Source of the DNA: the human T2T-CHM13v2.0 reference genome, Homo sapiens
Strand: one strand, 5' to 3'
DNA: 64,000 bases
Assembly (NCBI RefSeq): GCF_009914755.1
Contig: NC_060933.1
Shown one piece after another: positions 31,104 to 45,928 of this stretch. Position numbers and translations under genes: made by a program. The notes below the pieces were generated by a model. It was not told the origin of the DNA. It saw only the letters and a list, made by a program, of their open reading frames with translations, and searched no databases. The stretch's first letter is position 1, and the number at the start of each line of letters is the position of its first letter.

Positions 31104-31329
31104 TTTACATTTGTGGGCTAAATGCAGACTTTTAAAATATATACAAACAAATCATCCTATGTCATCCCTTTAAATCCCTTTGTTGAAAGGAAACTTTTAA
31201 AATATACACAAATAAATCATCCTATGTCATCCCTTTAAGTGAGACTGAGACATGGCTCAGCAGATGGCACCATGTTCCAGAAGATCACAGGCCAGCTCGG
31301 AACTCGTCAGTGGGGCTGGCCATAGGCAG
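31104..31329 (+). repeat. Left arm of a ~226-bp inverted repeat (partner at 32583-32809)
   Basis: Manual alignment to the reverse complement of 32583-32809 gives about 10 mismatches and 1 indel. Confidence 0.95.
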
Positions 31330-31340
31330 GCCTCCTCTTA

Positions 31341-31471
31341 CTGGGGAGGTTGAGGTGGGAGGATCCCTTGAGGCCAGGAGTTAGAGGCTGCAGTGTGTTA
31401 TGATTGCGCCTGTGAATGGCCACTGCACCCCAGCCTGGGCAGCATAGGGAGACCCTATCTTAAAAAAAAAA
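31341..31471 (+). mobile_element. Truncated Alu monomer (FAM/FRAM-like)
   Basis: gggaggttgaggtgggaggatcccttgagg... followed by poly(A). Confidence 0.8.
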
Positions 31472-31526
31472 GGTTTTGGATTTTGGGGCATTTTGGGTTT
31501 TCAGACTGGGGACGCCCAACCTGTGT

Positions 31527-31732
31527 AACAATGATTTACAAGGTATTTATGTTGTATTAGGTATTATAAGTAATCTAGAGATGATTTAAAGTATACAGGA
31601 GGCTGTGCATCAGTTATATGTAAACACTACATGATTTTATGTAAGGGACTTGAACATTCACAGATTTTGATATCTCAGAAGTCCTGGAACTGATCCCCAC
31701 CCCACCCCACCAGATAGCGAGGCGACAACTGT
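31527..31732. mobile_element. MER2 (Tigger) fragment, followed by a MIR at ~31760-31930
   Basis: gtattaggtattataagtaatctagagatgatttaaagtatac motif. Confidence 0.75.
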
Positions 31733-32582
31733 GTGTATGTATATGTGCATGTATGTGTAAAATTTCATTGATTCCATACCACAACCATGAGGTTTAGGTA
31801 CCATTATTATCCCCATTTGAGAGATGAGCAAACCAAGGCCCACTGTCACACAGCTAGCACTGGTAGAGCTAGGATGGTACCCTGTAGTTTGACTTTAGAA
31901 TTTTGCTACCTACCATTACATCACTCTGTCTCTTTTTGGTTTGTAAGTGGAACGTGTATTTGTTTTCAAAGAGAGGGGTAAGAGTGAGGAACGTTAGTAA
32001 GATAATAGCAGGGACTTGCATTTCAGGGAAATGGTTTGACATCAGAGCTGCTGGGGATTTCCTCCTTTGCCATGGTTCCTGCCGCTGCCGCCATGCCAAG
32101 ACATACCTGGAAAGGAACCAGCTTTGGAATTTGAAACCCACACCTCAGAAATGACACACCTTGGCTTTTTGTAGTGTCCTTAATGTTAATTGCATCACAG
32201 GATCACTGCAGTGGTCATCTGAGGCCCGGGGGAAGGCATTGTTCTTTCCCCGTTTCATGGGTGAGGAAATGAGGCACAAAGGAGCTGGACAAATTGCCCA
32301 GCCTCTTTGATGCCGAGTGGCTCTCCATCCTGTGCATGTTTGTTGTGTTGATTCCAGCAGGATCACCCCTAGTGATCTACACCAGAGCGTAAAGGCTGCA
32401 TGTATCTATGGAAAGGCAGATGATGAGGATTGGAACTGTAGTCACTGGCCCAGCGTATGCAGCTGGCACCCTCCCTCTGGTTCCTCCTGCCACAGGCTGT
32501 CAGCCTTTTTCCATCCTGTGTGTCTGTCACAAGGGAGGCGACAACAGAAATGCAGAGCCATGTGCACACAGCTGCCCTCTGT

Positions 32583-32809
32583 CTGCCTATGGCCGGCCCC
32601 ACTGACGAGTTCTGAGCTGGCCTGTGATCTTCTGGAACATGGTGCCATCTACTGAAGCCATGTCTCAGTCTCATTTAAAGGAATGACATAGGATGATTTA
32701 TTTGTGTATATTTTTAAAGTTTCCTTTCAACAAAGGGATTTAAAGGGATGACATAGGATGATTTATTTGTATATATTTTAAAAGTTTGCATTTAGCCAGC
32801 AAATGTAAA
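32583..32809 (-). repeat. Right arm of the ~226-bp inverted repeat
   Basis: Same alignment as the left arm. Confidence 0.95.
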
Positions 32810-32820
32810 GATAGAAGTCA

Positions 32821-33128
32821 TTCACAGAAAACAAATAACTGCATGATTTGACTTATATGTGGAATCTAACAAAGTTGAAGTCATAGAAACAGAGAGTAGA
32901 ACGGTGGTTGCCGGGACTCAGGATGGGGAAATCGTGGTCAAAAGGTACAAACTTTCAGTTACAAGGTGAACAAAATCCTGGGGCTTCCATGCAAAATGTG
33001 GGTGGTGATGGATGTGTTCATTAATTCGATTGTGATCGTCACTACACAGTGTGTACATGTATCAAATCATCACGTCATACGCCTGAAATGTATGTAATTT
33101 TATGTGTCAGTTAAATATTTAAGGAAAA
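32821..33128 (+). mobile_element. Truncated L1M 3' end
   Basis: L1MA/MB 3' motifs; duplicated flank atagaagtca at 32811-32820 and ~33129-33138. Confidence 0.78.
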
Positions 33129-35483
33129 ATAGAAGTCACTTTTTCTGGCTAGGGAAGGAAGGAGAACCAACAAGTTCTGCCACTGGCCTAGTTTGGAAAC
33201 CGAGGATCCTGCATTTTAAAGACGTCATGTATGTAGTTCTGTAAATAGCATCTGTACAAGCTCAGCACTGAATACGAGCTTTCTCAGAGGCTGATGCTGT
33301 CATTTAATATGTTCATCCCTATACAGGACACATTCCTTTCCAAAGCCAGGAGCTGAAGGTTCGGAATAATAGGCTGAGTTAAGTCTTAACCCTGCCTGGC
33401 TTGCTGGCTGCTGGAAGCACACACCAGGCTTGGAGCAGTCTCGAGCAGAGGGAGACGCTGGTTTTGTGCCCTCAGACCCCCACAGCTGCCTGCCAGGGCT
33501 CCTGGCCTCACATTCCTGCGGGTCTGGGTGATTCCTGTCCACTCCCCGTGCTGTGGAAATCTTTGGCTGCTGCTGTTGTCCGCCTTCCTGGACACTACTT
33601 ACCCACATGGCTCATCCTCTCGGCCACAGGAATTCTTACCAGAGGCTAAGGGTTTGCCCCAGTCCGTGAAAATGACTAGTCCGTCCTGAACACACATCTG
33701 CGTTCTCTTAGCACACTGTGGCTGGGCCATCTTCACCTTCCCTCTTCCTGGTGGGATGTTGAACCATGCCACATTCACTTTGCTGCTTCTTTAGCAATTG
33801 TGATTTTTAAAGACAAAATAGACTGTCCTGGTGGTGTGCCAGTGAATGTAATGTAACAGTGGCAGCAGCAGAAATCCTTTGCTGCCTTTGGGTCTGGGGC
33901 AGCAGCTGCGTTGGTGGGCAGAGGAGGGTGCAGTTGGCAGCCTGTCCAAGTCCAGCACGGTTGGAGCACAGGATTTAGAATGGGATGGTCCTGGGTTCAA
34001 ACCCCAGCTGCGCCCTAGCTTGCACTGATCCGCTCCTCAGCCTTTGTGGGCCTCAGTTGCCTCCCACACATGAGTGTTGTGATGCCATAAAGTGCTCGGC
34101 ATAGTGTCTGACGTAGTGACAGATGCTCCGTTGGAGGAGTCTCCCGTGTCCACACTGGCTGCAGTAGGAATGTGGGCGGAGAACTTTGTTTTCTGGGTTT
34201 GCTGTCACATATTTTAAGAAGTCCCTTTTCTGACCACAGTGTTTTAGACATTGTTTCCTATGTCCTCAAGCTTCCCCTGCCTCCCTAGCCCTCCACACAC
34301 CTGTCCTCCCCGACAGCCCATCAGGAGGTTTGGTGGATGCTGAGGAAATGAGCAACTTAAGGTTTTGCTGTGCTTTGCCTGATGTGGTTGTGAGCTCACG
34401 AAGCCAGAGCTGCTGTTGATGAGATTTTTTTTTTTAAAAAGCCAGGGAATTCGGAAGTGGGTTAGGGCTGATTCTATCCCAGGGCCTCGGCTAGGTCTTT
34501 TGGGAACTGATGGTGGGAGCGAGGTAGCTCAGGGGACTGTCTCAGGAGTGCCGGGGAGGAGAGGTCCCCTGGTATGGGCATGGTCAGCAGAAGATCCGAG
34601 GGAGTCTGGGGGCTTACCTCGTTATCAGGTGAAACCTTGAAAAACTTGCGCTGGATAAGGAGGGAAAGTTGATTTTTGTGGAGTCATGGAGTGGCATCAA
34701 AATCTGATCACTTTTTTGTAACCCAGGGGAAGGAAGTGGCCTCATGTCTCCACAACCTTCCCTGTGAATTTCAACGTGGGGTGATCCTCTTAGGGGAGTC
34801 CTAGGACGTCTTGTGGGGAAAGAGCACGTGCTGAGGGCAGAGGATGCGGAGGCCTCTGGAGCTGGGGAAGAATGGTGGTGTCCTAGAATGCAAAGTTTTG
34901 CATTGTGGTTGGGCTGAGGCTGGAGAAAGCTCAGCAGACACTGAGGTGGTGATTCCCAGGCAGATGGAGCTTTGGATTCTGGAGACTTGGCCTTCTCCAT
35001 GTTAATTGTGAGGTTGGAGAAGCGACATGCACTTACTTAGCAGGGGCTGGCTGCCTTCTCCTGGGCCTGTTGGGCTGCAGCCTGGTGTACACCTTAGAAT
35101 CTAACCCGCCATGGAAGGTGGGGGGCATCAGAGCTCTTACAGAAGATAAGGAGAAGCTGAGGAATTAGATTTTAAATGGCACCGGGAGCATCCGCACCTT
35201 CGAATGACAGTGAGGGTAACAGAGAGGGAGCTCTTGCCTTTTCCTGTCTTCTGCGTTGGACTCTTTTCAGTGCTAATACACTTGGTATAACTAGCTCCAA
35301 AAAGAACAAAGAAGGGATGCCAGGGAGAAGGCTTCACAGAATTCCTAGTTATCTTCAAAAAGTAAATAAAAAAAGCAGGGTGCTGTTTTAGGCCCTGACC
35401 CACGGGTAGCCTCATCCTGGGTGGGTGCCAGATGAAGAAGTTTAAATGGGTGGTGTCGGAGTGCAGATGAGGAGAGATGGGCC

Positions 35484-35730
35484 GTGTGGAGGGGACCTGG
35501 GGTGTCGGTGTTGGGGGGCTGGCCTGTGGTGTGTGTGGGGGGTGGGTGTGTGGTGTGTGTATGGGGAGGGCACGTGGCATGTAGGGAGGGCGTGTGGCGT
35601 GTAGGGAGGGCGTGTGGTGTGTGTGGGGTATGTAGTGTGTGGGGGTGGGTGTGGTGTTTTGGGGGAGCATGGGTGTGGAGGGGAGTGGGGCATTGGTGTG
35701 GGAAGTGTGGAGGTGTGTCGTGTGGAGGTG
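35484..35730. repeat. G/T-rich low-complexity tract (G-quadruplex-prone)
   Basis: Many G runs and a duplicated gtagggagggcgtgtgg unit. Confidence 0.85.
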
Positions 35731-36971
35731 ACTGGGATGGAAAGGTGCACAGAGCTGTTCCCCCTCTGGTTGAGAGAAGAGCAGAGGGAAAGTGGAAATT
35801 GGGCTCTCTGGACAAACCTCTTGAAGGCTGTAGACCTTGGACAGCTCTTAGAACCACCGGGATAGTGAATGTTCTAGAATGGGAAAGACGTGGTGGGTAG
35901 TGAAGTGAGAATCCCAATTGTAAACTGCCAGCAGGGAGACTTCTACATACAGAGCTAATGCAGACCGGAGAGTGGGGCCTCGTGTCTGTTGTTTCCAGAC
36001 CCTTCTGGCAAGTGAGGACCCTCACCATGGGGCAGAAGACCAGGTGCCTCCAGCCAGAGCAGGCAGAACTCCCCCATCCCCTCAGCTGACTTAAGTCCCA
36101 CCGCAGCCACCCTCTGCCAGTGCGGTGGTTTCCATGTGACAGATGGGGGCCCGGGGTCAGGGGAAGCGTGGAACTTAAGTGCCAAAGTCAACAAATGGTG
36201 GAGCCGGTATGGAGTCCAAGTGCATCTGGCTCCAAAACTGGTGCCTTTCCCCAGGGCGCGGGCCCCAGCAGCTGTGCTCCCTGAGGGGGCGCCCTGCCTT
36301 TCCCGAGGCAGGCACGGAGAGTGCGTGTGGCCTTCCCTGGGGCTTCACTCTCGTGTCATTGCGCAGGCAAGCTCGAGGATCTCTTGCTGTCAGCCTCTCT
36401 GCTCCTCATCTCATGCCCTCACCTCTCCCTCCCTCACTCCCCACTGACCATTCTCTGAAGTTTGTTTTTATCTATAATTAAAAAAACATTCATTCAGAGA
36501 GCCACTGACTTTCTGTTTGCCCAATTCCATGGCCTCTTTTCAGACTTGACCCTGTATCAGTGTTTTCTTACCTGTTTTCACCTCACAGCTCAAATAGACA
36601 CTGAAAACGCAGTTGCTGGAAGCTGGAGGTGACCAGCCTGGGGGCTCTGGCTTCCCAGAGGGCAGAGGACCAATCTCTCTGCCACTCACACATTGCCAGT
36701 TAGGGAGCCCTGTCCCCTGCTCACTCAGCAGCGTGTGGCTGTCACTGGTCCTGGAGCCTGTCCTACAGCAGCCACGAGCTCCCCTTTCCTCCACACTTTG
36801 GGATTATATCTGTCTTGTGTAGTCTTTGGGGATTTTCCTAACCTACTATCATCATGAGAGCAGATAATGTGACATCTCCAACCCAGCTCCAAGAAGGAGA
36901 CTTAAGTTGAGATTTCTGTTCTAGGGCCTGGAAATGCGTGGCACATGGAAGGAGCTCAGTAACGCATGCAT

Positions 36972-37087
36972 GCATCCATCCATCCATCCATCCATCCATC
37001 CATCCATCCATCCATCCATCCATCCATCTATTTATTTATTGCTCTGTTGCCAGGCTGGAGTGCAGTGGCTCAATCTCGGCTCACTGA
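36972..37087 (-). repeat. (CATC)n tetranucleotide repeat plus an Alu 3' fragment
   Basis: Seen directly. Confidence 0.9.
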
Positions 37088-37407
37088 GTAATGCGTTTTT
37101 AAATGAATGTTGAGTGAATTTAAGTTACTGTCCCGTTCCCCAGCACACAGAAATGCACAGTCCCATCCACGTGACTCTTCTGTCATTGCACTAACAACCT
37201 ATATTCTGTAATGGAAATTCTCATGAGAGATTGGGAACCAAGGTGAAAAATGCAATTTTGTCACCTCTGTATAAATTTTTATCTTTTGAGGTCTTATCTG
37301 GTGATATTTTTCCTTGGTGTCATGATAAGCAACACCCAACCATTAGCAGTGCTGTGCCATGTCAACATCCTTCAGACGCATGGTAGCACAACCGTAACAA
37401 TACCTCA

Positions 37408-37899
<492 letters not shown>

Positions 37900-38129
37900 T
37901 CACCCCAGTTCCTCTTTTTAATTCTTCCATCCTCTTCTAACTCCTACCACCCCTGGGCTTCTCTGGCTCTGTTCTCTCTGATTCACCACCTCCTCTTTCT
38001 GTGCCCGCCTTTCTGCCTTCCCGAGTGACTTTTGCTGAGTCCTTTATTAACCCTACACATGCTGGCTTCTCTGTGAGTTCAAACCTTGGGCCCTGCCTCC
38101 CTCAGCCCCACCTTTCCCTCCATATATTT

Positions 38130-39520
<1,391 letters not shown>

Positions 39521-40132
39521 TTCTTTTCCATAAGCCTTTATAAAAGAGCTGTGTTTGGTTTTCTTGTTATCTCACCCCGCTTTGTGGAGGGAGGCATCAC
39601 TCTTCCCCTGGCTGCAACTCCCTCCTTTCTGTGATCTGTGGACCTGTCCTTCATTCTGAGCCTTTGGTGGCATTAGTGCCACCCTAGTCATCCAGACTAG
39701 AAACTTCAGGCTTCTCTCGGACTCCCTGTATTTTATTTCTCATGGGCAGCCAGTTGCCAAATCTGTCAGTTCTGTCTCCACCAGGTTGGTTTACTCCATC
39801 CTCTCCCTTCTGGTGTTAGAGCCACAACCCCAGTTCCAGGATGCCCAGTGCAATCTCATGCTAATATGTAGTTTGGAGATGATTCATCTCTGGTGTCTAA
39901 TGAAATCTCAGGGTGGAGTAGCATTGGCAAAGGGTGGCATAATGTTTGGGAGAACATATAATAATATAGTTTGTATTTGGAAGATGAAAACCTGTTTTAT
40001 AACACATGGAATAAAGCTCGAGGAGCTGTGCAAGGGATAGATTATCTTTTGTGAACAGCAAATTATAATATTGATACTGATATGAGCTAACAAATGTTTA
40101 TTGAGCACTTACTATATGCCAGGCACAAGTGT

Positions 40133-40583
40133 GTCACAGGTGTGCAATGACTCTCTGGAACCAGTGTTGCAGGGGTAAGAAGAATTTACCAAGACAATTA
40201 TAGGTAAAGAAAAACAGATTTATTAGAAAAAGTAGGAAAATACATTGCAAGAGTGCAACAGGCAGATCAGCAGGAAGGGAGCTGACTGCCCAGAAACAAA
40301 GGCTTGCTGGGGATTTCATAGAATGGTGCTCGTGCTGTGTACTGAAGAGGGCTTCATGCAGTGCTGATAACTCCAAGGTCGCAGTGAGCAAACTTGCATT
40401 TTTCTATTAACTGAGGGTCTGGTGATAGCTGGGTGCAGGAAGATTGTGTTATTAATATTTGTGCAGGAAGGCTATGTGTCCTGGACCATGAAGAAAAGCA
40501 GAAGTATAGCTTAATCTGCCTTCTCTTTTTGCTTTCCCTTGGTCCTGTCAGCCCAACTCCCCCTTCCTAATTAGGACGCTGTA
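40133..40583 (-). mobile_element. MER83-like ERV1 solo LTR inserted in a MIR
   Basis: The reverse complement begins ...gtcctaattaggaagggg...gggaaagcaaaaagagaaggcag; MIR sequence lies on both sides. Confidence 0.65.
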
Positions 40584-41812
40584 AAGCACTTAACACATAT
40601 TAGCCTGTCTGGCCTCATGACAGCCTAGTGAGGCGGAGGATATTATTAGCCAGACAGAGAAGCTGAGGCCAGGTCCCAGGCCACACACCTGGTAAGTGGC
40701 AGGTGGGGTGAGCAAGCTAAGCTCTGGAAGTTTGGTTCTAGAGCTGTCCACTGCAGCTGGAGGAAGTGTGGGGCTTTTTCTATTCTCCAAGAGTGGGCAT
40801 GAGTTAACTGGGCCTCAGGAAAGCAGGACTTTGGGACGAGCCTCAGGTTCCTCATCCCCTGCCACCCTCTGCCAGTCTTGCGAGCTGCAGTTCCCTCTCC
40901 GTGCCGCTGTGGGCCCTGTGGCCTGTGCACAATTCCTGCGGTGGGTCCTGGTGTCTTCTCTCCTCTGTCCCTTGCGTGTACCGCCACTCTGGAGTGCCTT
41001 CCAAGTGGTCAAACATCTCACATCTGTCATCTTTAAAGAGCCGCCTCAGTGCTGTTTCCTCCATGAGGCCCGATCTTCCCAGGTTGGCCGCCCCCTCCAT
41101 CCTCCTCAGCGTGCTTATCACGGGGGCTGCAGGGGAAGCGACAACACTTACGATATCTTGCCTCAGTGTCTAGGCATGTTCCTGTTTCTTCCCAACTAGA
41201 CTGTAGGTTACGGGAGACAAGATTTGTCTGTTGAGACCCAAGCACTTTTGTATTCCTCAGTGCCAAGCACAGAATGTGTTGTGAAACTGAGAAGCCAAAT
41301 ATTTCCCAGACCGAGGCTCAGGCAGTCCTAAAACCCACAGCCGTGGTTTAGACCCTGATTTTTCTGGGTCAGTCAGAGTTCCCATCTCCAGAACACACCT
41401 GGGAATCTTTAAACCTGGGAATCTTTCCTCTGTGAACAGTCCTGATTCAGAGACCCTGGCTGCCCTCCTCTCCACGTGTCCTGGTGAGGTTCTCTTTCCA
41501 GGGCTTTCCATTTTCTCCTCACAGCAGAAGTTTCGTTAAGCAAACAGGAAGTTGCTCATAGGCACCCTCACCCCAATGCAAGTGTGAGCAGTGGCCAGGA
41601 GACGGGTAAGGGAACTGGCCTGTGCCTGTGGGGAGGTGAGGCCAGCCAGAGACACTGGCTCGCTGGGCATCTTTCCATTGAGGCTGATTCCTGGAGTGAC
41701 TCTGGAGAGGCAAGACTGGGATACTCTGGTTTTTATTTCAGTTTTTCCTGAGGTAACCAATAGTAATGGGTGGTCTTGGGAGGAGGCAAAAGAGACTTAA
41801 ATCATGGCATCA

Positions 41813-42070
<258 letters not shown>

Positions 42071-43458
42071 GTATTTTTTTTTTCCCTCTTCCAGAAGCTT
42101 ATGTGCTTTGAAGAAGGCCTCTTTCCCCATCTTAACAGAAAAATTCCTTGCTTTTAAATTTCCAGAGTGTCTAGTTATCTCTCTCTCCAGCTCATCCTGG
42201 TTTCACCCATGTCTAGTTCCCGTGTCAGGCACATTCAAATTCACTTGCCTTGGCCATGTCTCTTCCCTGACTCCTGTGTTCTACAACCATCTCCACGTGG
42301 TCTGTGGAGAAGATGGCTGAGTACCCTGAAGGTGTCCAGCTCCCTCAGGCCTGTCTTTCTCATTGGCATCATTCTGGGTCAGCTCCTTGTCCACGAGGCT
42401 TGGGTATAAACCTCCTCGATTGGTGGAAGTGGACTCCCAGGGGTGAGCCATGGCTTGGAGACAGTTTGGTTCATGGGCCCCAGCACACCAAACATAAAAG
42501 GCCTCACTTGTGGTTGGGATACATTTGGCAGGTCGGGGGTTTGACCTGGCTTTGGGCCTGTCGGCTCCCTGGCCACCATCAGGGCTCAGTGAAGTGCTTG
42601 AGTTAGGAGAGAGAAGCCAGCTTTGGGAAGTGCTGCAGCCACAAAGCCCAAACTCCAGCTGCACAGGATGGTGAAATTCACCAAAGCAAAGTGAAAGTTG
42701 TGAAACTTCAAGTGACATAGTTCCCTTTTGAGAAAGTCTTCTAAACCTCTTTAAGAAAAACTTGAAATAGCCTGCTGTATATTTCTTCTTTGAATTTCAA
42801 ATTTTTTTGACATGCATAAGTAACTTTCCTCCTGTTTTCTCAGACTTCTCTAACTCTCCATTTAAAAGTATCTGCTATTGGGAAAAGCATAAACAAGCCT
42901 CCAGTTTATTTATGATGTGGGGTTCAGAGGAGGCAGCTGGCCAGTAGTTGTCTTATTGCAATTCTCTGATTAATGAGGAAAGGCATCATCAAATGTCACA
43001 GCAATGGAATAGTTCATGTGATCTGGGAGAACCTACCTCTTCTCTAGTTCCAATATGGGACACAGGAGAATAGCAGGGCAATACAAATGCTGTATATTTG
43101 CAAAGTCTGCACACACTTTCAAGTGTGGATGAGTAAATCCTAAAAGGAACCAAAGACATATGAGTCTGAATTGCAATGTTTCTTCTTCCTGTGTGTAAAT
43201 GGGGGTGTTTCCCCCACGAGTCTCTGTTGTGTTTGGATGGGTTTGAAGATCTGGGTTAGGAGAGCCCCTTTTCAGAGCTCCTCCTTAGACCTGAAAACCC
43301 AAGGTTTTGCTTTCAAATAAATGCCTCCAGAGGAGGGAGCGTGTTGATAGCATTTTAATGTAGGGCTTTGGCCTTTGACAAATGTGTGCTCAGAGGAGCT
43401 CAAGGCAAGAGATGCCAGTTTTGTGTGCAGGGCACCCATGTGTGCCTCCCTTTTCCAG

Positions 43459-43611
43459 GTACCGGCGGACGTCGAGAAATGTCAGGATCGGATGGAGTGT
43501 TTCAATGCTGACCTGAAAGCTGACATGGAGAGGTGGCAGAACAACAAGAGGCAGGACTTCCGGCAGCTACTCATGGGGATGGCTGACAAGAACATCCAGT
43601 ATTATGAGAAG
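43459..43611 (+). CDS. SNX30: SNX30 coding exon (probably exon 8): [51 protein letters not shown]
   Basis: CCTCCCTTTTCCAG acceptor; donor AAG|GTAATG at 43612; 153 nt, phase 0-0. The D.ERW...K..DF motif matches SNX-BAR helix 3. Confidence 0.97.
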
Positions 43612-44183
43612 GTAATGAGTGTGCCCAACAAGACTGGTTTCTAATGGCCAGAGCCTTTCACATGGGCCTACCAGAAATCCACAAGCTGGGAATCCTGCTA
43701 GTCTCATCTCCTTCCCTTATTTTAGCTGCTTAGTCTTGGCTCCCGCTTCATGCCCTTGCCCAACCATGTGGCTGCAGTGCTGGGTTTGGCAGCAGAGGGG
43801 GTGCTCACAGGGGTTTCCCTTGCACATGCTGCTGGGGAAGCAGCCCATTGGTCTTCCATGCTTTCTGGGCCTGGCACTGGTTGCTTCCCAGAGCCAGTCA
43901 GACCTTCAGCACAGTGATGCTGCCACCGAATGGAGGCTTTGGGGTTACTTTACTCTGTGTTGGGGTTCTGTACACAGGGTCCCTTCAGTTTGGTTGTGCA
44001 GTGAACCCCTTTGGTCATCTGGTGAAGCCTATAGACCCCTCACCAAAATACTGTGCATTTGTTTTTTAAATAGACTTCAAAATATTGATTTTAAATACGT
44101 AAAATAAAGGGATGTAGGATTACAAAGGAAAGCAATTCTATTAAAAACTTTTACTCATGGATCCCCTTGACCAGGTTAAGCAG

Positions 44184-44472
44184 CGCACGCACACGCGCGC
44201 GCACACACACACACACACATACACCCCACTACCACCACCACACCCCACACACACACTACACACACACCACACCCCCCCACACTACACACACACCACACAT
44301 ACACCACACACCCCCCATACTACATGCACACCACACACCCCCTACACATACACCCCACATACACACCCCACACACAACCCCCCCACACACGACACCCACA
44401 CACCACACCCACATACCTCACACAACCCTCACACACAACCCCCACACACACCATACACACACCACACACACA
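44184..44472. repeat. Degenerate (CA)n / C-rich tract
   Basis: Seen directly. Confidence 0.92.
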
Positions 44473-44553
44473 TAGAGATGACTCTTATCAGGCTACAGCC
44501 CAGTCCCCTCAATCAAGGTTTGCTTGATTCGTATGTCCAGCAAACCAGTGCGA

Positions 44554-44941
<388 letters not shown>

Positions 44942-45006
44942 CACACACACACACACGTATACACACATATATATACACACATATACATACATACACACAT
45001 GAGTGA

Positions 45007-45038
<32 letters not shown>

Positions 45039-45928
45039 ATATATATATATATATTGCGATAGGGTCAAAAACTCTGTTACCCAGGTTGGAGTGCAGTAGT
45101 GCAGTCTGTTACCCAGAGTTCCTTTCTTCTGTAACTCCCACACCTTCCCTCTGCTGTTCAGCGGCCTTCCTACTACTACAAAACCAACTATGTCAAATGT
45201 CTCTGTTGCTCCCTTTGGTAATTAATCCCAGCGTTCCTAAAGTCCTGGTCCCAGGAGGACCCAACCCTGGTCTTAAGTACGTGTTTATCTGTCTTCCCAC
45301 TATATCACAGGCAGGGCCACTGTCTTGGGGCCTGGTATTGCTTCTATACATATTTAACAAATGCTTTTTGTGCACTTGCTGTGTGCAAGGGGCAGTGTGT
45401 ACCAAATTGATAAACAGCAGGATTCCTGCCCTGTGGAGGGTATGTGTTCATCAAAGGAGCCCACAGCTTCAGAGTGAGATAAGGAAAAGAACGGGAAACT
45501 GGGGGAGAAAATACCAGGGGGCATAATGCAGACTAAGGGTGGGAGGGGCAAGTGGAGTGGTCAGGAAAGGCCAGTCTGAGGAAATGACATTTCATCCGAG
45601 TCTCAGAGACAGAGGCTTGGAAAACATATATTCCAGGTATAGGAGACAACATACGCAAAGTCCCTGGGGCAGGAAAGAGTTTGGTACATTTGAGGACCAA
45701 ATAGAAAACTGGTATGGCCTTGGTTTATCATGGCTGACATACAAAGTCCATTGCAGATCTGAAGTGATGGCCTAGGGAGAGAGCAGGACCTGGAATGCCA
45801 CAGACCCCAGATCATCTTCCGTATATAAGGTGGGCTTCAGAGTTTAGCTTCCTCTCTAACCTCAGAGTCACCAAGGAGGAATCAGGAAGCAATTTCACCA
45901 CTCTTCTTTCTGGCTTGACCTAGGATGC

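Noticed and set aside
31104-32809. Long terminal inverted repeats of a novel DNA transposon
   Set aside because: No target-site duplication is visible and there is no transposase. The interior is ordinary Alu/MER2/MIR and unique sequence, and primate DNA transposons are generally older than ~5% arm divergence implies.
35137-36028. 177-227-aa His/Thr/Pro-rich ORFs
   Set aside because: Translations of the G/T low-complexity tract.
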